Positions 1 through 11,805 of a DNA stretch of 64,000 bases are shown in pieces. Positions within the stretch are counted from its first letter, which is position 1. Each line of letters opens with the position of its first letter. The notes below the pieces were generated by a model that searched no databases, was not told the origin of the DNA, and saw only the letters and a list, made by a program, of their open reading frames with translations. Position numbers and translations under genes: made by a program. Source of the stretch: Octopus sinensis (taxonomy: Eukaryota); NCBI RefSeq assembly GCF_006345805.1, contig NC_042997.1, positions 45,880,001 to 45,944,000 of the forward strand, given 5' to 3'.

Positions 1-348
1 AGACAAACATACACCTCTCTATTTCATGGTAATTGAAGCAACTGATAAAAAAGATTTGGAAGGGTGACAGAAGAGTATAGGATACAGAGACAGAAATGAA
101 TAATAAACGAAGATTGATAGAAATTGATAGATAGATGGATATCGGTAGGTGGACATTGATAGATACACAATATATATATTGATAGGTAGATATTGATAGA
201 TAGATCAGATGTTGAGAGATAGGTATTGATGCATAGATAGATAGTTTGATACTGATGGGCATTGATTGACATGTAGATAGATATAAACGGATAGGTATTT
301 ATACATAAGAAATAGATATCGAGAATTAGCTGTTGATTAATATATATT

Positions 349-395
<47 letters not shown>

Positions 396-480
396 CGAGA
401 GAAAGATAGACTGAAAGATAGATAGATAGATAAATCGATAGGTACAGGGAGAAAGGGAGAGAAAAAAGGAGGTAGAGAGT
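1..480. repeat. Degenerate (GATA)n/(GA)n simple-repeat tract
   Basis: Runs of gatagataga and gagagaga seen directly. Confidence 0.85.
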
Positions 481-512
481 AAGGGGGAAGACAGAGGAAA
501 ATGAGAAAGGTC

Positions 513-545
<33 letters not shown>

Positions 546-634
546 ATATTCATACGTATGTATATATTCATATGTATGTATATCTATATCTATATATATA
601 TATATTATATATATATATATATTATATATATATA

Positions 635-677
<43 letters not shown>

Positions 678-761
678 ATATTATATATATATATATATAT
701 TATATATATATATATTATATATATATATATCTATATATATATATATAATATATATATATAT
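513..761. repeat. (TA)n microsatellite with periodic TT interruptions
   Basis: Direct observation. Confidence 0.95.
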
Positions 762-901
762 GGAGAGAAACACAGTCGGAAACATGAAAATGGCAAACTT
801 TGAAAGCAGAAAGAAATTAAAAATACGCAAGTAAATTGTGGTGACAAAGGTGAAATAGAATTAAAGAGGCAGACGAGGAGACTTAGAATACTCGTACAAT
901 A

Positions 902-937
<36 letters not shown>

Positions 938-1045
938 TGTGTGTGATTACATAGATACCGTTGTGAATCAGGTTAGTTGTACGCTACTGATGCATCGTCC
1001 GTACGCGGGCCAGCGGCGGCGAAGCTAGTAGAATGCATACACACA

Positions 1046-1080
1046 CACACACGCATGTATGTAATGTATGTGTAGATGTA

Positions 1081-1127
<47 letters not shown>

Positions 1128-1153
1128 TCAATGTATGTATAGATGTATATACA

Positions 1154-1184
<31 letters not shown>

Positions 1185-1370
1185 GCATATATATATATGT
1201 ACATATATATATGCATACATATATATATACACATATATATATATATATAATATATATATATATATACACATATATATACATATATACATATACACACACA
1301 TATATATATAGGTATATATATACATATATACATATACATATATATACATATATACATATATATGTATATA
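1046..1370. repeat. Compound (CA)n/(TA)n/(TACA)n microsatellite
   Basis: Direct observation. Confidence 0.9.
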
Positions 1371-1696
1371 CGATTTTTTCTTTGAAATTTATTCAACTTC
1401 TTAAAAGAGTTCGAGTTGGTCGTTCACAAAGACTAGACATTTCTGAGTCAAGAGAGCTCCAGGTATTTGTAAATACGTTGTTGAGTGGGTGTATTGTTGG
1501 TTGAGTTGTCAATGCACACATCCAAGTGTATGTAGTTATTCATTTAAAGAATCTCATATGTAGAATATTTGGAATGTCTTACGAACCTTCACTGTGCCAC
1601 TAATAGATTGGATTTGGAGAATTCATGTCACTTTCTTTTACAGTTTCTTCGAAAAACCTAGTCCCCTTAGATTTTTGTCTAAATTTATTAGGTACA

Positions 1697-2309
1697 CTAG
1701 CAGCTAAGCCCGGTTTCACCCGGTCGGTTTGGACGATGTGGTTGTAAAACCCGCTCTGTGAAAGCATTCGACTTGTTTGGGTACGTTTACGTTAAAAAAA
1801 CAATTTTAGAATGACTTTTTCTGCCAAAACGCTAAAAATAACCGACCCCGCCAACCCAAAAAAGAGAACCAAACAAGATTCAACCTAATCAAAGAATAAA
1901 CCCAAATACTAAGCGAACAAAGATAAACCATCCCACTTCCATTGCGCGCGTACATGCACACAAACACACAAAAACACACACATACACATTCACATACCCT
2001 CCCTTTTACATACACTCACATATATTCACACAGAGTTGAAACGTTGTTTGATTTATTTTTTCAGCGTACAATTTTCATCATCCCACTACCAAGTATGACA
2101 TCACACCTTCCTTCCTTATTCATAAACACAAGAGTATTATTTTAGTAGATTATATCGGGAACCACGGGAGCTCTGAAAAATACAAAGCCCAGCATCACCA
2201 CCGGATCATTCTACACATCTGTGTAATTTTTCGCGCAATTCCACCCAGCCGTTTGACCGTGAATCCCAAGACAAGAAAGAATCGCTCATGTCAGATTTAT
2301 ATGTATAGA
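1697..2309 (-). mobile_element. Non-autonomous Helitron (~613 bp)
   Basis: Minus strand starts A|TCTATACATATAAATC and ends with hairpin (CCGG-gtgaaa-CCGG) followed by CTAG|T; A|T insertion site; no TSD. Confidence 0.8.
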
Positions 2310-2349
2310 TAACCTAATGCTCCTAATGCATCTAATGATGAAAATAATA

Positions 2350-2602
2350 AAAATAAATGCGCCCTTTTAAAGCCTAGCCAGGCTCATGGGCCCGGTTTCC
2401 CGGTTTCCGTGGTGTATGTGTTCCCAAGCTGGACGGGACGCCAGTCCATCGCAGCGTTACTCATTTTTGCCAGCTGAGTGGACTGGAGCAACGTGAAATG
2501 AAGTGTTTTGCTCAAGAACACAACGCGTCGCCCGGTCCAGGAATCGAAACCACAATCTACGATCATGGTGCTGACATCCTAACCACTATGCCACGCGCCT
2601 CC
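2350..2602 (-). mobile_element. tRNA-derived SINE with CORE-like and V-domain-like segments
   Basis: Minus strand GGAGGCGCGTGGCATAGTGG (A box), GGTTTCGATTCC (B box), then TTGAGCAAAACACTTCA and GCTGCGATGGACTGGCGTCCCGTCCAG. Confidence 0.75.
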
Positions 2603-2829
2603 ACCATCTAATGATGATAGGTACAAATAAGAATTTATAGTCAGAGTATAAGATCTGTACGTTTCGTAGTATTCACCATATATTTTCTTTCTTAGTTTTT
2701 GTACATTCACATCGACTGTATGACTTTTGCATAGCTCTCTTACGTTTACACTGAAGTGATGTTTTTTTCTTTTTATTTGGGACGTCCCGCCAGTATTCTT
2801 TACTTTTAAAGATGTGAATCCCTGCTGGT

Positions 2830-3870
2830 TCTGACATGCCTTCGTTGTAAACGTCAGGTCAGTCCTTCCTGTGGATAGCCTTGTAAATAATCTTTGCAAC
2901 TATATCATGCCTCAGGGGCCGTTAGTATCTCGTAGACATTTTGATGCAGTTGCTGATGATGTGGCTGATATCTTCCTCACTGGTAGAGTAGAGCCGGAAT
3001 TTTCTACCACAACGGAGGTTTGGTGGTATCTTTGTCCCTTTTATTTATCAGGCATTTAGTAGCTGTCCCCTCTTCCTGCGTAGCAAAGGCGTATTCTTCT
3101 AGGCGGGATGTAATTTATGTATACCATGTTCAGGAGAGGCTACTCTTCCTGCCAATGCTGTTGCTATCCTCCAGTTTACGGGTTATGTACCCATGCATTG
3201 CATTTTGCTGTTATGATGCCTGCTTCTCCTCCAAGCTTCTGTTTAGGTAAGCAGGTCCAGCTTTCTTTGGGTCGCACGAGACAGTGTATTCCCAGAGTTC
3301 CTTCTCCAACTCTGAAGACGTTACTCTCACTTTTGAGTATGCATAGAATGTTCTCATTTCCCTCAATACTGTTCAGTATTTGTCTGAGTGATGCAATGCG
3401 ACATTCAAAGTCTGTTTGGACTGACCTTTTGCCTCTATAGCCATCACTTGGTCTCACATACTTCCTATCGATGTCTCTGTTAATGTGTAAGTTACCAGCG
3501 GTTGTCAGTACCTTTCTAGCTTTGATTTCCAACCTTCAAATCTCCAGTTCAATATTCCAAATGTTGATACTAACACTGACACTGCAAAGGCATTATGAGA
3601 TATGATCTTGTTAAATGCAAACAGCTCTGGATTCCATATTTTCCGCAGTTTACAGAAATACTCTTGTTATTCTTGCTTTAGTCACAGTACTAACGTATGC
3701 AACATTCTCATCGATTCCAAGATTCTTGTAGTTTTTATCATTAGAGATAGCGAAGATAGATAAATCATTGCTGTTGTCGACAATCTTTTCGCGGTTAACT
3801 ATCATGTATGAGCATTTATCTTATCCAAACTCCATTCCTAGGTCTCGTGAGTATGTCGTAACAAGTTCTA
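2830..3870 (-). pseudogene. Degraded R4/Dong(NeSL)-type RLE LINE fragment (post-RT region to zinc knuckle/RHD)
   Basis: Minus-strand translations GMEFG*DKC, KARKVLTTAGNLHINRDIDRKYV and EEDISHIISNC...LRHDIVAKIIY match motifs of the better copy at 32715-34698; many stops and frameshifts. Confidence 0.75.
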
Positions 3871-3906
3871 ACCGTCTCTTCATATTGATGATTCTACTAG
3901 AATATA

Positions 3907-4315
3907 ACTCTTTTACTCTTTTACTCTTTTACTTGTTTCAGCCATTTTGACTGCGGCCATGCTGGAGCACCGCCTTTAGTCGAGCGAATCGACCCCGGGA
4001 CTTATTCTTTGTAAGCCCAGTACTTATTCTATCGGTCTCTTTGCCGAACCGCTAAGTGACGGGGACGTAAACACACCAGCATCGGTTGTCAAGCAATGCT
4101 AGGGGGAAAAACACACACACACAAATACACACATATATATATTCATATATACGACAGGCTTCTTTCAGTTTCCGTCTACCAAATCCACTCACAAGACATT
4201 GGTCGGCCCGGGGCTATAGCAGAAGACACTTGCCCAAGATGCCACGCAGTGGGACTGAACCCGGAACCATGTGGTTGGTTAGCAAGCTACTTACCACACA
4301 ACCACTCCTGCGCCT
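3907..4315 (-). mobile_element. tRNA-derived CORE-type octopus SINE, family 1, full length
   Basis: Head AGGCGCAGGAGTGGTTGTGTGG, B box GGTTCAGTCC, CORE-like CTTGGGCAAGTGTCTTC, internal (TG)n, (GAGTAAAA)n tail; several near-identical copies in window. Confidence 0.9.
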
Positions 4316-4914
4316 AGGTCATCAACTTTAGGTCCTCAACATAAAATGTGTGGGGGACGTTCGTTTCATTCTTTTCTGCACATCTCAGCATGTAGCTTTG
4401 GCATTTTGTTAACAGGGCTCTGAAGGGGTTCACTACCGGTAACAAAGAACATTACAGATAATCTATCACTCTGGAATATGACTATTGATAGCTTGATTCT
4501 GTTTGTAAAAATAGGTGTTGTTTTAGTAGTAGTCAGTGATAATCGTGTGGAACATGTTTTTTGATTGATTCTAGTTTCAGCTCACGAGCTGTGGCCTTGC
4601 TGGGGCACCGCCATTTTGTGGTCAGTCTCTCAATGGCGTACGCCTCAGCAGCTGATACTTCGGCAAGGTGTTGTGAATCAGTGAGTTGGAAAACTCATTT
4701 GGGCAGAAAAAGTCAAAGATTATCGTACGACTTGAAACCGCATCTCTACTGGTCTGCTTTTCCAAAACGAATGTGTGTGTGTGTGTGTGTGTATTTATAT
4801 ATAGGTTTGCAAGGCACTAGCAGACCTCAAGAGACACATTCATGTTATTAGATCATGATTACCGCTTTATTTTACTGAACTCTCATTTGTCGATCACGAC
4901 AAGAGAACCCATCG

Positions 4915-4915
<1 letters not shown>

Positions 4916-4979
<64 letters not shown>

Positions 4980-4980
4980 T
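4916..4980. repeat. (TA)n microsatellite
   Basis: Direct observation. Confidence 0.95.
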
Positions 4981-5402
4981 TAGAGAGAGAGAGAAATAAT
5001 TAAGTGGGTACAAACAAGCAGTACCGGCATGCTGGGTATAGCACTCAAAATGACCAAACCACAAATTTTCACTTAAACACAAAGGTGAAAGCGGGCAAAT
5101 GAATAAAAGTCCTAAAACCCCGTACCAATGAAGAAAATAATCGAAAATTGAAAAATCCAGATATACCCGTATCACCGTGTAATTCCGAACTATGAGAAAA
5201 ACTAATTGGTTCGGTCATTTTGACTGCCAAATTTAGCATCTCAGTACTAATTGTTAGTATCCTTAATTATTAATTGATAACTTTTTCCTGTTATGGGTTT
5301 TTTTACGCATGCTAAGCCACTTATATTATTATAAACAATAATATCCTCATATACATCTAAATAATCAATAGAAATACGTATGTGCGTGTGTGTATGTGTA
5401 TA

Positions 5403-6241
5403 AGAGGTGTGGTCAAAAAGTATCCGACCTCTGGCCAAAAAACAAATAATACTAAAAACTCATCATTTTGTTTTAGTCTACTTCAAAGTATTCGCCTTGG
5501 GAGTCTACTCACTTCTGTCAGCGTTCCTGCCATTTCTGTAAACATTTCTGGAAATCACTTTTTGAGATACCGTAGAGCTGTGCTGTCGAATTTTGCTTAA
5601 TGTTCTGTGTTGACTTAAATCTTCTCCTCTTCAGTGTTTTTTTTGTTTTGAGCCTTGGGAATAGGCAAAAGTCACACGGAGCCAAGTCTGGGGAGAGGGA
5701 AGCCTGACAAAAAAGTGGTGTGTTTTGCTTGACAGGGAATTCTTGGACGACTTCGGAAGAATTAGCGGGTGAATTGTGAGGGTAGAGTTTTCAGTTCTTT
5801 ATGCCCACAGGTCGAGTCGTTTTCGCCGCACAGCTTCACGAAAGCGACGGAGAACCTTTGCAATCATTTCGTCGTTTCTGTTAGTCGATGGTCTGTCGCA
5901 ATACGGCTCTCTGTGCACTGAGATGCAACCATCTTTAAGTCGGTTGTACCAGTCCTTTATCTGTGTTTTTTCTCACAGCATTATCTCCAAAAGCCTTCTG
6001 ACAATTCTCGACAGTTTGGGCTTGCGTATCCCCAAGTTTTTGGTAGAATTTGATAGTACTTTGCTCAAAGCGCTCGGTCATCAGGTTTGTACTCAAGTGC
6101 GGGCGAATGGCGTAACCTACAGACACAAAAATTTGGGGGCATGCTCAAGAAGGACGCGACCACCTAATACCCATGCGGATCTTACTCGCGCATTATTTTG
6201 TACCAACAAATCAAGGCCGGATACATTTTGACTACACCTCG
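5403..6241 (-). mobile_element. Internally deleted mariner element
   Basis: TIRs (A/C)GAGGTGTGGTCAAAAAGTATCCG and the reverse complement near 6215-6241, TA/CA flanks; minus-strand transposase pieces EQSTIKFYQKLGDTQAQT and SPDLAPCDFCLFPRL with the middle missing. Confidence 0.85.
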
Positions 6242-6243
6242 CA

Positions 6244-6441
6244 CAATCCAACCTCACCTTCCCTACCCATCCAATCCCACCACTACCCCATCCCTTACAC
6301 CCACTCCCACATACCCCGTCTCTACCCCACCCTCAGCCTAATCGACACCACTTGTTTTCACTTCCCGAGCGTTAAACTAATACATCTGTTTGTTGTCTAC
6401 ACTACCTGTCTTCGTCTGTTGACTTTTGTGTGAATTCTCCC

Positions 6442-6442
<1 letters not shown>
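6244..6442 (+). mobile_element. Penelope-like element 3' terminus (pLTR remnant)
   Basis: C-rich tract then TTCCCGAGCGTTAAACTAATACATCTGTTTGTTG...CCTGTCTTCGTC, similar to 62960-63043 and to the reverse complement of 53987-54065; ends in (TA)n. Confidence 0.65.
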
Positions 6443-6473
<31 letters not shown>

Positions 6474-6792
6474 GGGAGAATTATATATATTATATATAAT
6501 TATATAATTATAAATATATAAATATATAATATATATATATATATACAGGGAGAATTATATATATTAATATAATTATATAATTATATATATATATAATATA
6601 TATATATATATTAATATATATATATATATATATATATATAGGAAGAATTATATATTATATATATTATAATATTATATATATAATTATATAATATATATAT
6701 ATATATATATATATCTTATATATATATATATATATATGTATATATAATATATATGTAATATATATAATATTATATATAATATTATATATATA
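6443..6792. repeat. TA-rich array containing reiterated inverted copies of the adjacent element end
   Basis: AGGGAGAATT at 6472 and ~6547 and AGGAAGAATT at ~6640 are reverse complements (the last with one mismatch) of AATTCTCCCT at 6433-6442. Confidence 0.85.
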
Positions 6793-7243
6793 CGGTCGCT
6801 ATATCGACGACTGCATAGGTGCTACCTCCCTTTCCGTGAACTTCTCTGCCAATTCATCTCTTTCCTTTCCAACTTTCACCCCTCTCTTCAATTCACCTCC
6901 ACCATCTCCAACACCTCTGTCAACTTCCTTGACATCTCTCTCCGCATCGATCACCCCTCCAACTCTCTCACCACCACCGCCTTCTTTAAACCTACGGATT
7001 CCCACCTCTATCTCAACTTCTCTTCCTCCACCCTTCCACACCAAACGAGCCATCCCCTACTCCCAGTTCCTCCGCCTCCGACGTTTGTGCAGCCGCGACC
7101 AGGATTTCGAGACCCAATCTCAATACCTGGCCCGCATGTTCAGACTCCGAGGGGTTACCCACCCATACTCCTCTCTGATGCCCTCACCCGCGCCCGTCGC
7201 ATCGACCGCACCACCGCCCTGTCTCCTGCCCACCGCCCACCCC
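6793..7243 (+). pseudogene. Penelope-like (Neptune-like) reverse transcriptase fragment
   Basis: YGRYIDDCIGATSLS...AIPYSQFLRLRRLCS; homologous to 60990-61400; truncated by the N gap. Confidence 0.85.
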
Positions 7244-7343
7244 NNNNNNNNNNNNNNNNNNNNNNNNNNNNNNNNNNNNNNNNNNNNNNNNNNNNNNNNN
7301 NNNNNNNNNNNNNNNNNNNNNNNNNNNNNNNNNNNNNNNNNNN
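7244..7343. other. Assembly gap (100 N)
   Basis: Direct observation. Confidence 1.
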
Positions 7344-7560
7344 CATAAACATAAAGATAACTCTGTTCAAGATAAACATAACGTCGTAAGAAATTTGAAA
7401 AGCTAAACGCGAAACCGGTCTTTCTCTAAACTATGTCATTGTAAGAAAAAATTTTTTTAATATTCTTCGGACATATTGACGCAAATATATATATTTTTTA
7501 ACCTTTAAGTCTTCTGTAGTTTTTCACTTTTTACTATTTTCTATATATTCAACCACGTGC
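7344..7560 (+). mobile_element. Probable PLE terminal repeat with degenerate hammerhead motif
   Basis: TTGAAAA-GC-TAAAC-GC-GAAA-CCGG-TC near 7396-7418; core degenerate. Confidence 0.4.
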
Positions 7561-7576
7561 TTTCACAAACCAACTT

Positions 7577-7577
<1 letters not shown>

Positions 7578-7612
<35 letters not shown>

Positions 7613-7649
7613 CTATCTATCTATCTATCTATCTATCTATATTATCTTC

Positions 7650-7725
<76 letters not shown>
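7578..7725. repeat. (TATC)n followed by (TA)n
   Basis: Direct observation. Confidence 0.9.
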
Positions 7726-7728
<3 letters not shown>

Positions 7729-8664
7729 GTGGTGCTCCAGCATGATCGCTGCCGCGTGGCTGAATCGTATCAAAGAATAATAGATAACACATACATGCAC
7801 ACACTTACATATATACAAACATAGGCATGTTTGTATGTATGAGTATGTGTGTGGAAGAGAGAGAGAGAAGAGAAAGAAGGGAAGAGGGGGAGAGAGAGTG
7901 ATTGAGAGAGAGAGAGAGAGAGAGAGAGTGAGCGAGAGAGAGTCGCTAATATCAAAAAATTAACTAAACCGGAAAATCCGATTTGCATGCATAATACTCG
8001 GCTGGCTGTTAAGGTAGTTACATTAGTCAAAATGCATTGGTAAGCACAAGTACATGTTTGTGTGTGTGCGTGCGTGTGAATACATACATACATACATATA
8101 TACATACATACCTACCTACCTACCTACCTACCTACCTACATACATACATACATACATACATACATACATACACACACAAACATACATATAGAGAGAGATA
8201 CATACAAACAGTTAAATTGATAGAGTGATAGACAGGCAGATGGAGATTGACATAAGGACAAATTTTAAAATGTTAGCAAAAGATAGAAAGAATATGTGTA
8301 TGTAAGGGAGAGAAAGATTTGAAATTAATCCTGGAGCTGAAGGACAAGAAGATAAAGAAAAAATCACTGATGCGCAGACAAATATAGAATTAAATTAAAA
8401 AAATTTTCTAACCATGTTTGAGAGAAACGGTACTTGAAATATATGTTAAATCTTCAATAGAAATTAAAAATGCAGATCAGACAGCTATTGCAAATGTTTT
8501 ATTGCTGATAGAGACATAAATGAAAATATTCCGATGTCTGCTACATGTGTCGAGTAAAACCCGGTTCAAACTACCGAAAAATCTTTTCCGCCTTTTTACC
8601 CTTCCGAGTCCATGTTATAAGCATCAGGCTTATAGTGTAATCGGTTAAATAACCATCGATACCA

Positions 8665-9050
8665 GTGGAGGCGCAATGGCCCAGTGGTTAGGGCAGCGGA
8701 CTCGCGGTCATAGGATTGCGGTTTCGATTACCAGACCGGGCGTTGTGAGTGTTTATTGAGCGAAAACACCTAAAAGCTCCACGAGGTTCCGGCAGGAGAT
8801 GGTGGTGATCCCTGCTGTACTCTTTCACCACAACTTTCTCTCACTCTTACTTCCTGTTTCTGTTGTACCTGTATTTCAAAGGGCTGGCCTTGTCACTCTG
8901 TGTCACGCTGAATATCCCCAAGAACTACGTTAAGGGTACACGTGTCTGTGGAGTGCTCAGCCACTTATACGTTAATTTCATGAGCAGACTGTTCCGTTGA
9001 TTCGGATCAACCGGAACCCTCATCGTCGTAACCGACGGAGTGCTTCCCCC
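8665..9050 (+). mobile_element. tRNA-derived SINE, family 2, full length with 15-bp TSD
   Basis: A box TGGCCCAGTGG, B box GGTTTCGATTACC; TSD TAACCATCGATACCA at 8650-8664 and 9051-9065; close copy at 59538-59900 (-). Confidence 0.9.
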
Positions 9051-10726
9051 TAACCATCGATACCACACTTAAGGTATGTGTAAGCAAGCCTGCAGAGAGG
9101 CATGATTGACCTTATGGACATAGCAAGTCGACATCTTAACCCCCAACCCTACCCCAGATAATATACGCCAAAATACACATATCTATTTGAGTAAGTCTCA
9201 CATTTCTGTGCAACTAGGCCATATTTGAACATCGTTGTCTTTTCGATCAGTGTTGACTTGAAGATAAACAATAATAAGAGGGTGTCTTTCACTGTGTGTG
9301 TAAAGAGTCAACTGGGTGGTCAGTTACACTCGAGGAGCGGAACTTCTTCATAACAGATTTGTATACTGTGTCCGTACCCTATCCTTTTAACTTTCAATGA
9401 CCCCTGAGTAGTGTGGCAGAACGTTCATAGCTAATTAGCCTGAAAAACCAGCTAGCGAATATTTGATACTACCTGTAACTTTAAAGTAGGATAGAAGCCT
9501 TTACCCTGCGGAACGTTTCCAAATATTTGTTATCGGAAATTGTGCCTATTCCAGGTCAGAAAGCGAACCATCCTCTCTTAGACAGGTTGATTCACTGTTT
9601 ATTATTTTTTTTTGCCTGAGTAAATCAACGTAGACTCTAAACAGTTGCTGTATCTGCTAGAAAAAGCAGCCTAGTCTTTCATAAACTTAACTTCCTACTT
9701 TCTTTTATAAAGAAAGACAACTTCTATATATAATCAAATATATCCTATTTACAATAGGAACTGCTTATATCTTATATTTTATGCAATGTGAACTAATAGA
9801 AATGGAACTGCATGAAAAAAAAAAAGAACTAAATTGCTACAACTGGAACGCTGCTAACCAAAGCTCTGGTGTATCAAGTCTGTTAAGCGGTTAAATAACG
9901 ATGACAGCAACCGAATTTCCATGTATATATGCATACATGGAAAATATATTCATTGCATACCTCTATATAAATCAAATGTATGTGTGCAGGCGCGCATATA
10001 ACATGGGATAATAGCGTTCAAAGCAAGTTGTTTCATTATAGGAAGAGGGCAGTGCTTGCTGTCTTTGCAGACCTCTCGCTACTGGTGAAACTGAGATGAT
10101 TGTTCAGTTGAAACTCCCGCAGGTTGATGTTTATAAGGACAGTATAGGAGCTAATTGCAGTTCTAAGGCTGTTTGATTTTTCATTGTAGCTCTTTCGTTT
10201 TCACTACGCCCCCCCACCACCACCACTGCAAAAGTGAAATAGCTAAGTGTTATTCTACTATTTCTTTCTCGTAACGTATATTCAAATCTACTGCAGTTGT
10301 TTCAATGTGGTTCTTAGCGGGGGAAATTATACTTCTCTTATCCCAGTAAAAGCAACTGTCGTGAGAAGGTAGCATATTTTCTTGGGAAAAAGCCGGTCGA
10401 TCGCCGAATGATGAAAGATAAATCTACTTCATTTGAGAGTGGCACAAAGTAATTTTCTCTATGCTCTTCCGATTTTCATAATCCTCTGGAATATTGTATT
10501 TTTTTAGACACGAGGTAGGTGGGAGAAATCGATTATATAGACCAGAGAATTTGACTGGTGGTAATTGTTTCATCGAACATCCTGGCAGTCTACAACACCA
10601 TTGACTAAAACTAATTAATCCTAATTATTTCTCTTGTGACTTGGATCAATAGATGATTGATCACCTCATAATTACACACGCACACGCACACACACACACA
10701 CACACACACCACACACACACACACAA

Positions 10727-10919
10727 TTCTTTTGCTTGTTTCAGTCATTTGACTGCGGCCATGCTAGAGCTTCGCCTTTAGTCGAGCAAATCGACCCCAG
10801 AGCTTATTCTTTGTAAGCCTAGTACTTATTCTATCTGTCGCTTTAGCCGAACCGCTAAGTTATGGGGACATAAACACACCAGCATCGGTTGTCAAGCGAT
10901 GTTGGGGGGACAAACACAG

Positions 10920-10955
<36 letters not shown>

Positions 10956-11095
10956 GACGGGCTTCTTCCAGTTTCCATCAACCAAATCCACTCACAAGGC
11001 TTTGGTCGGCCCGAGGCTATAGTAGAAGACACTTGCCCAAAGTGCCACGCAGTAGGACTGAACCCACTCTTATGTCTTCCACACAACCACTCCTG
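10727..11095 (-). mobile_element. SINE family 1 copy
   Basis: Colinear with 3907-4315, small deletion in head. Confidence 0.88.
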
Positions 11096-11516
11096 AGGTC
11101 AAATGCTGACCTCAATGGAAAAAAAAACAGATATACACAAAAACAGACCAATTACAGCGTGTATTTTTACTGTTTGGTCAGAGGAAGAAGAGGTAAGTCT
11201 ACGGCATTTTTCAGAGGTTCCGTAACTGCAGAGATAATGAAATGAAGGTATTTCTAGCCTCGATCTCTGGCTCAAAAGCTTGCTATAAAGTGGACTCCGC
11301 TAAGGTACCTAACGGGCTAGGGGCGGCTCAATACTGACTTGTGAGTTTCAAATACGCGCAAAATCTTAAAATAATATGATATATATAAAGATGATATAAT
11401 ATGATATAGTTGACTGAAATGACTACCCGTACACAGATGAAGCCTGTATCATTCTCCGATAGATTTGAACAAAGAACATAAACAAATATTGGTTTCAAAC
11501 TTTGGCACAAGGCCAG

Positions 11517-11518
<2 letters not shown>

Positions 11519-11594
<76 letters not shown>
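11519..11594. repeat. (TA)n microsatellite
   Basis: Direct observation. Confidence 0.95.
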
Positions 11595-11599
<5 letters not shown>

Positions 11600-11805
11600 A
11601 TCCAAACATGAAAACACAAAGAGAAAACACAACAACGCAAGGACGTGGAACAAGTATAGTGTTATTGGACGCTCAGGAAAGAAAAGAAAGAAGGAGGATT
11701 TAACGTTTCGAGCGGAGCTCTTCGTCAGAAACATAGAAAAAGGAAAGATCCAAGGAAGGGAAGACGGAAGAAAAAATTCGCCAACGATACACACGCGGTC
11801 ACATA
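11595..11805 (-). mobile_element. Solo PLE-type terminal repeat between (TA)n tracts
   Basis: Close copy at 55364-55566; carries a hammerhead motif; TTCCTGAGCG segment shared with the PLE end at 62960-63043. Confidence 0.7.
11697..11733 (-). ncRNA. Minimal type-I hammerhead ribozyme motif (family B)
   Basis: gttt-CTGACGA-A-GAGC(TCC)GCTC-GAAA-C-GTT-aaat: intact core, 4-bp stem II, palindromic AACGTT stem III. Confidence 0.7.

Noticed and set aside
501-1504. Long ORFs of poly-IY/YI/HT
   Set aside because: Translations of (TA)n/(CA)n microsatellites, which lack stops by composition; the same applies to dozens of similar ORFs across the window
5776-6231. 151-aa + strand ORF
   Set aside because: Antisense frame of the deleted mariner transposase
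9916-9943. Perfect 11-bp hairpin TTTCCATGTAT/ATACATGGAAA
   Set aside because: Too short for a pre-miRNA, partly low-complexity, no terminator or Helitron context
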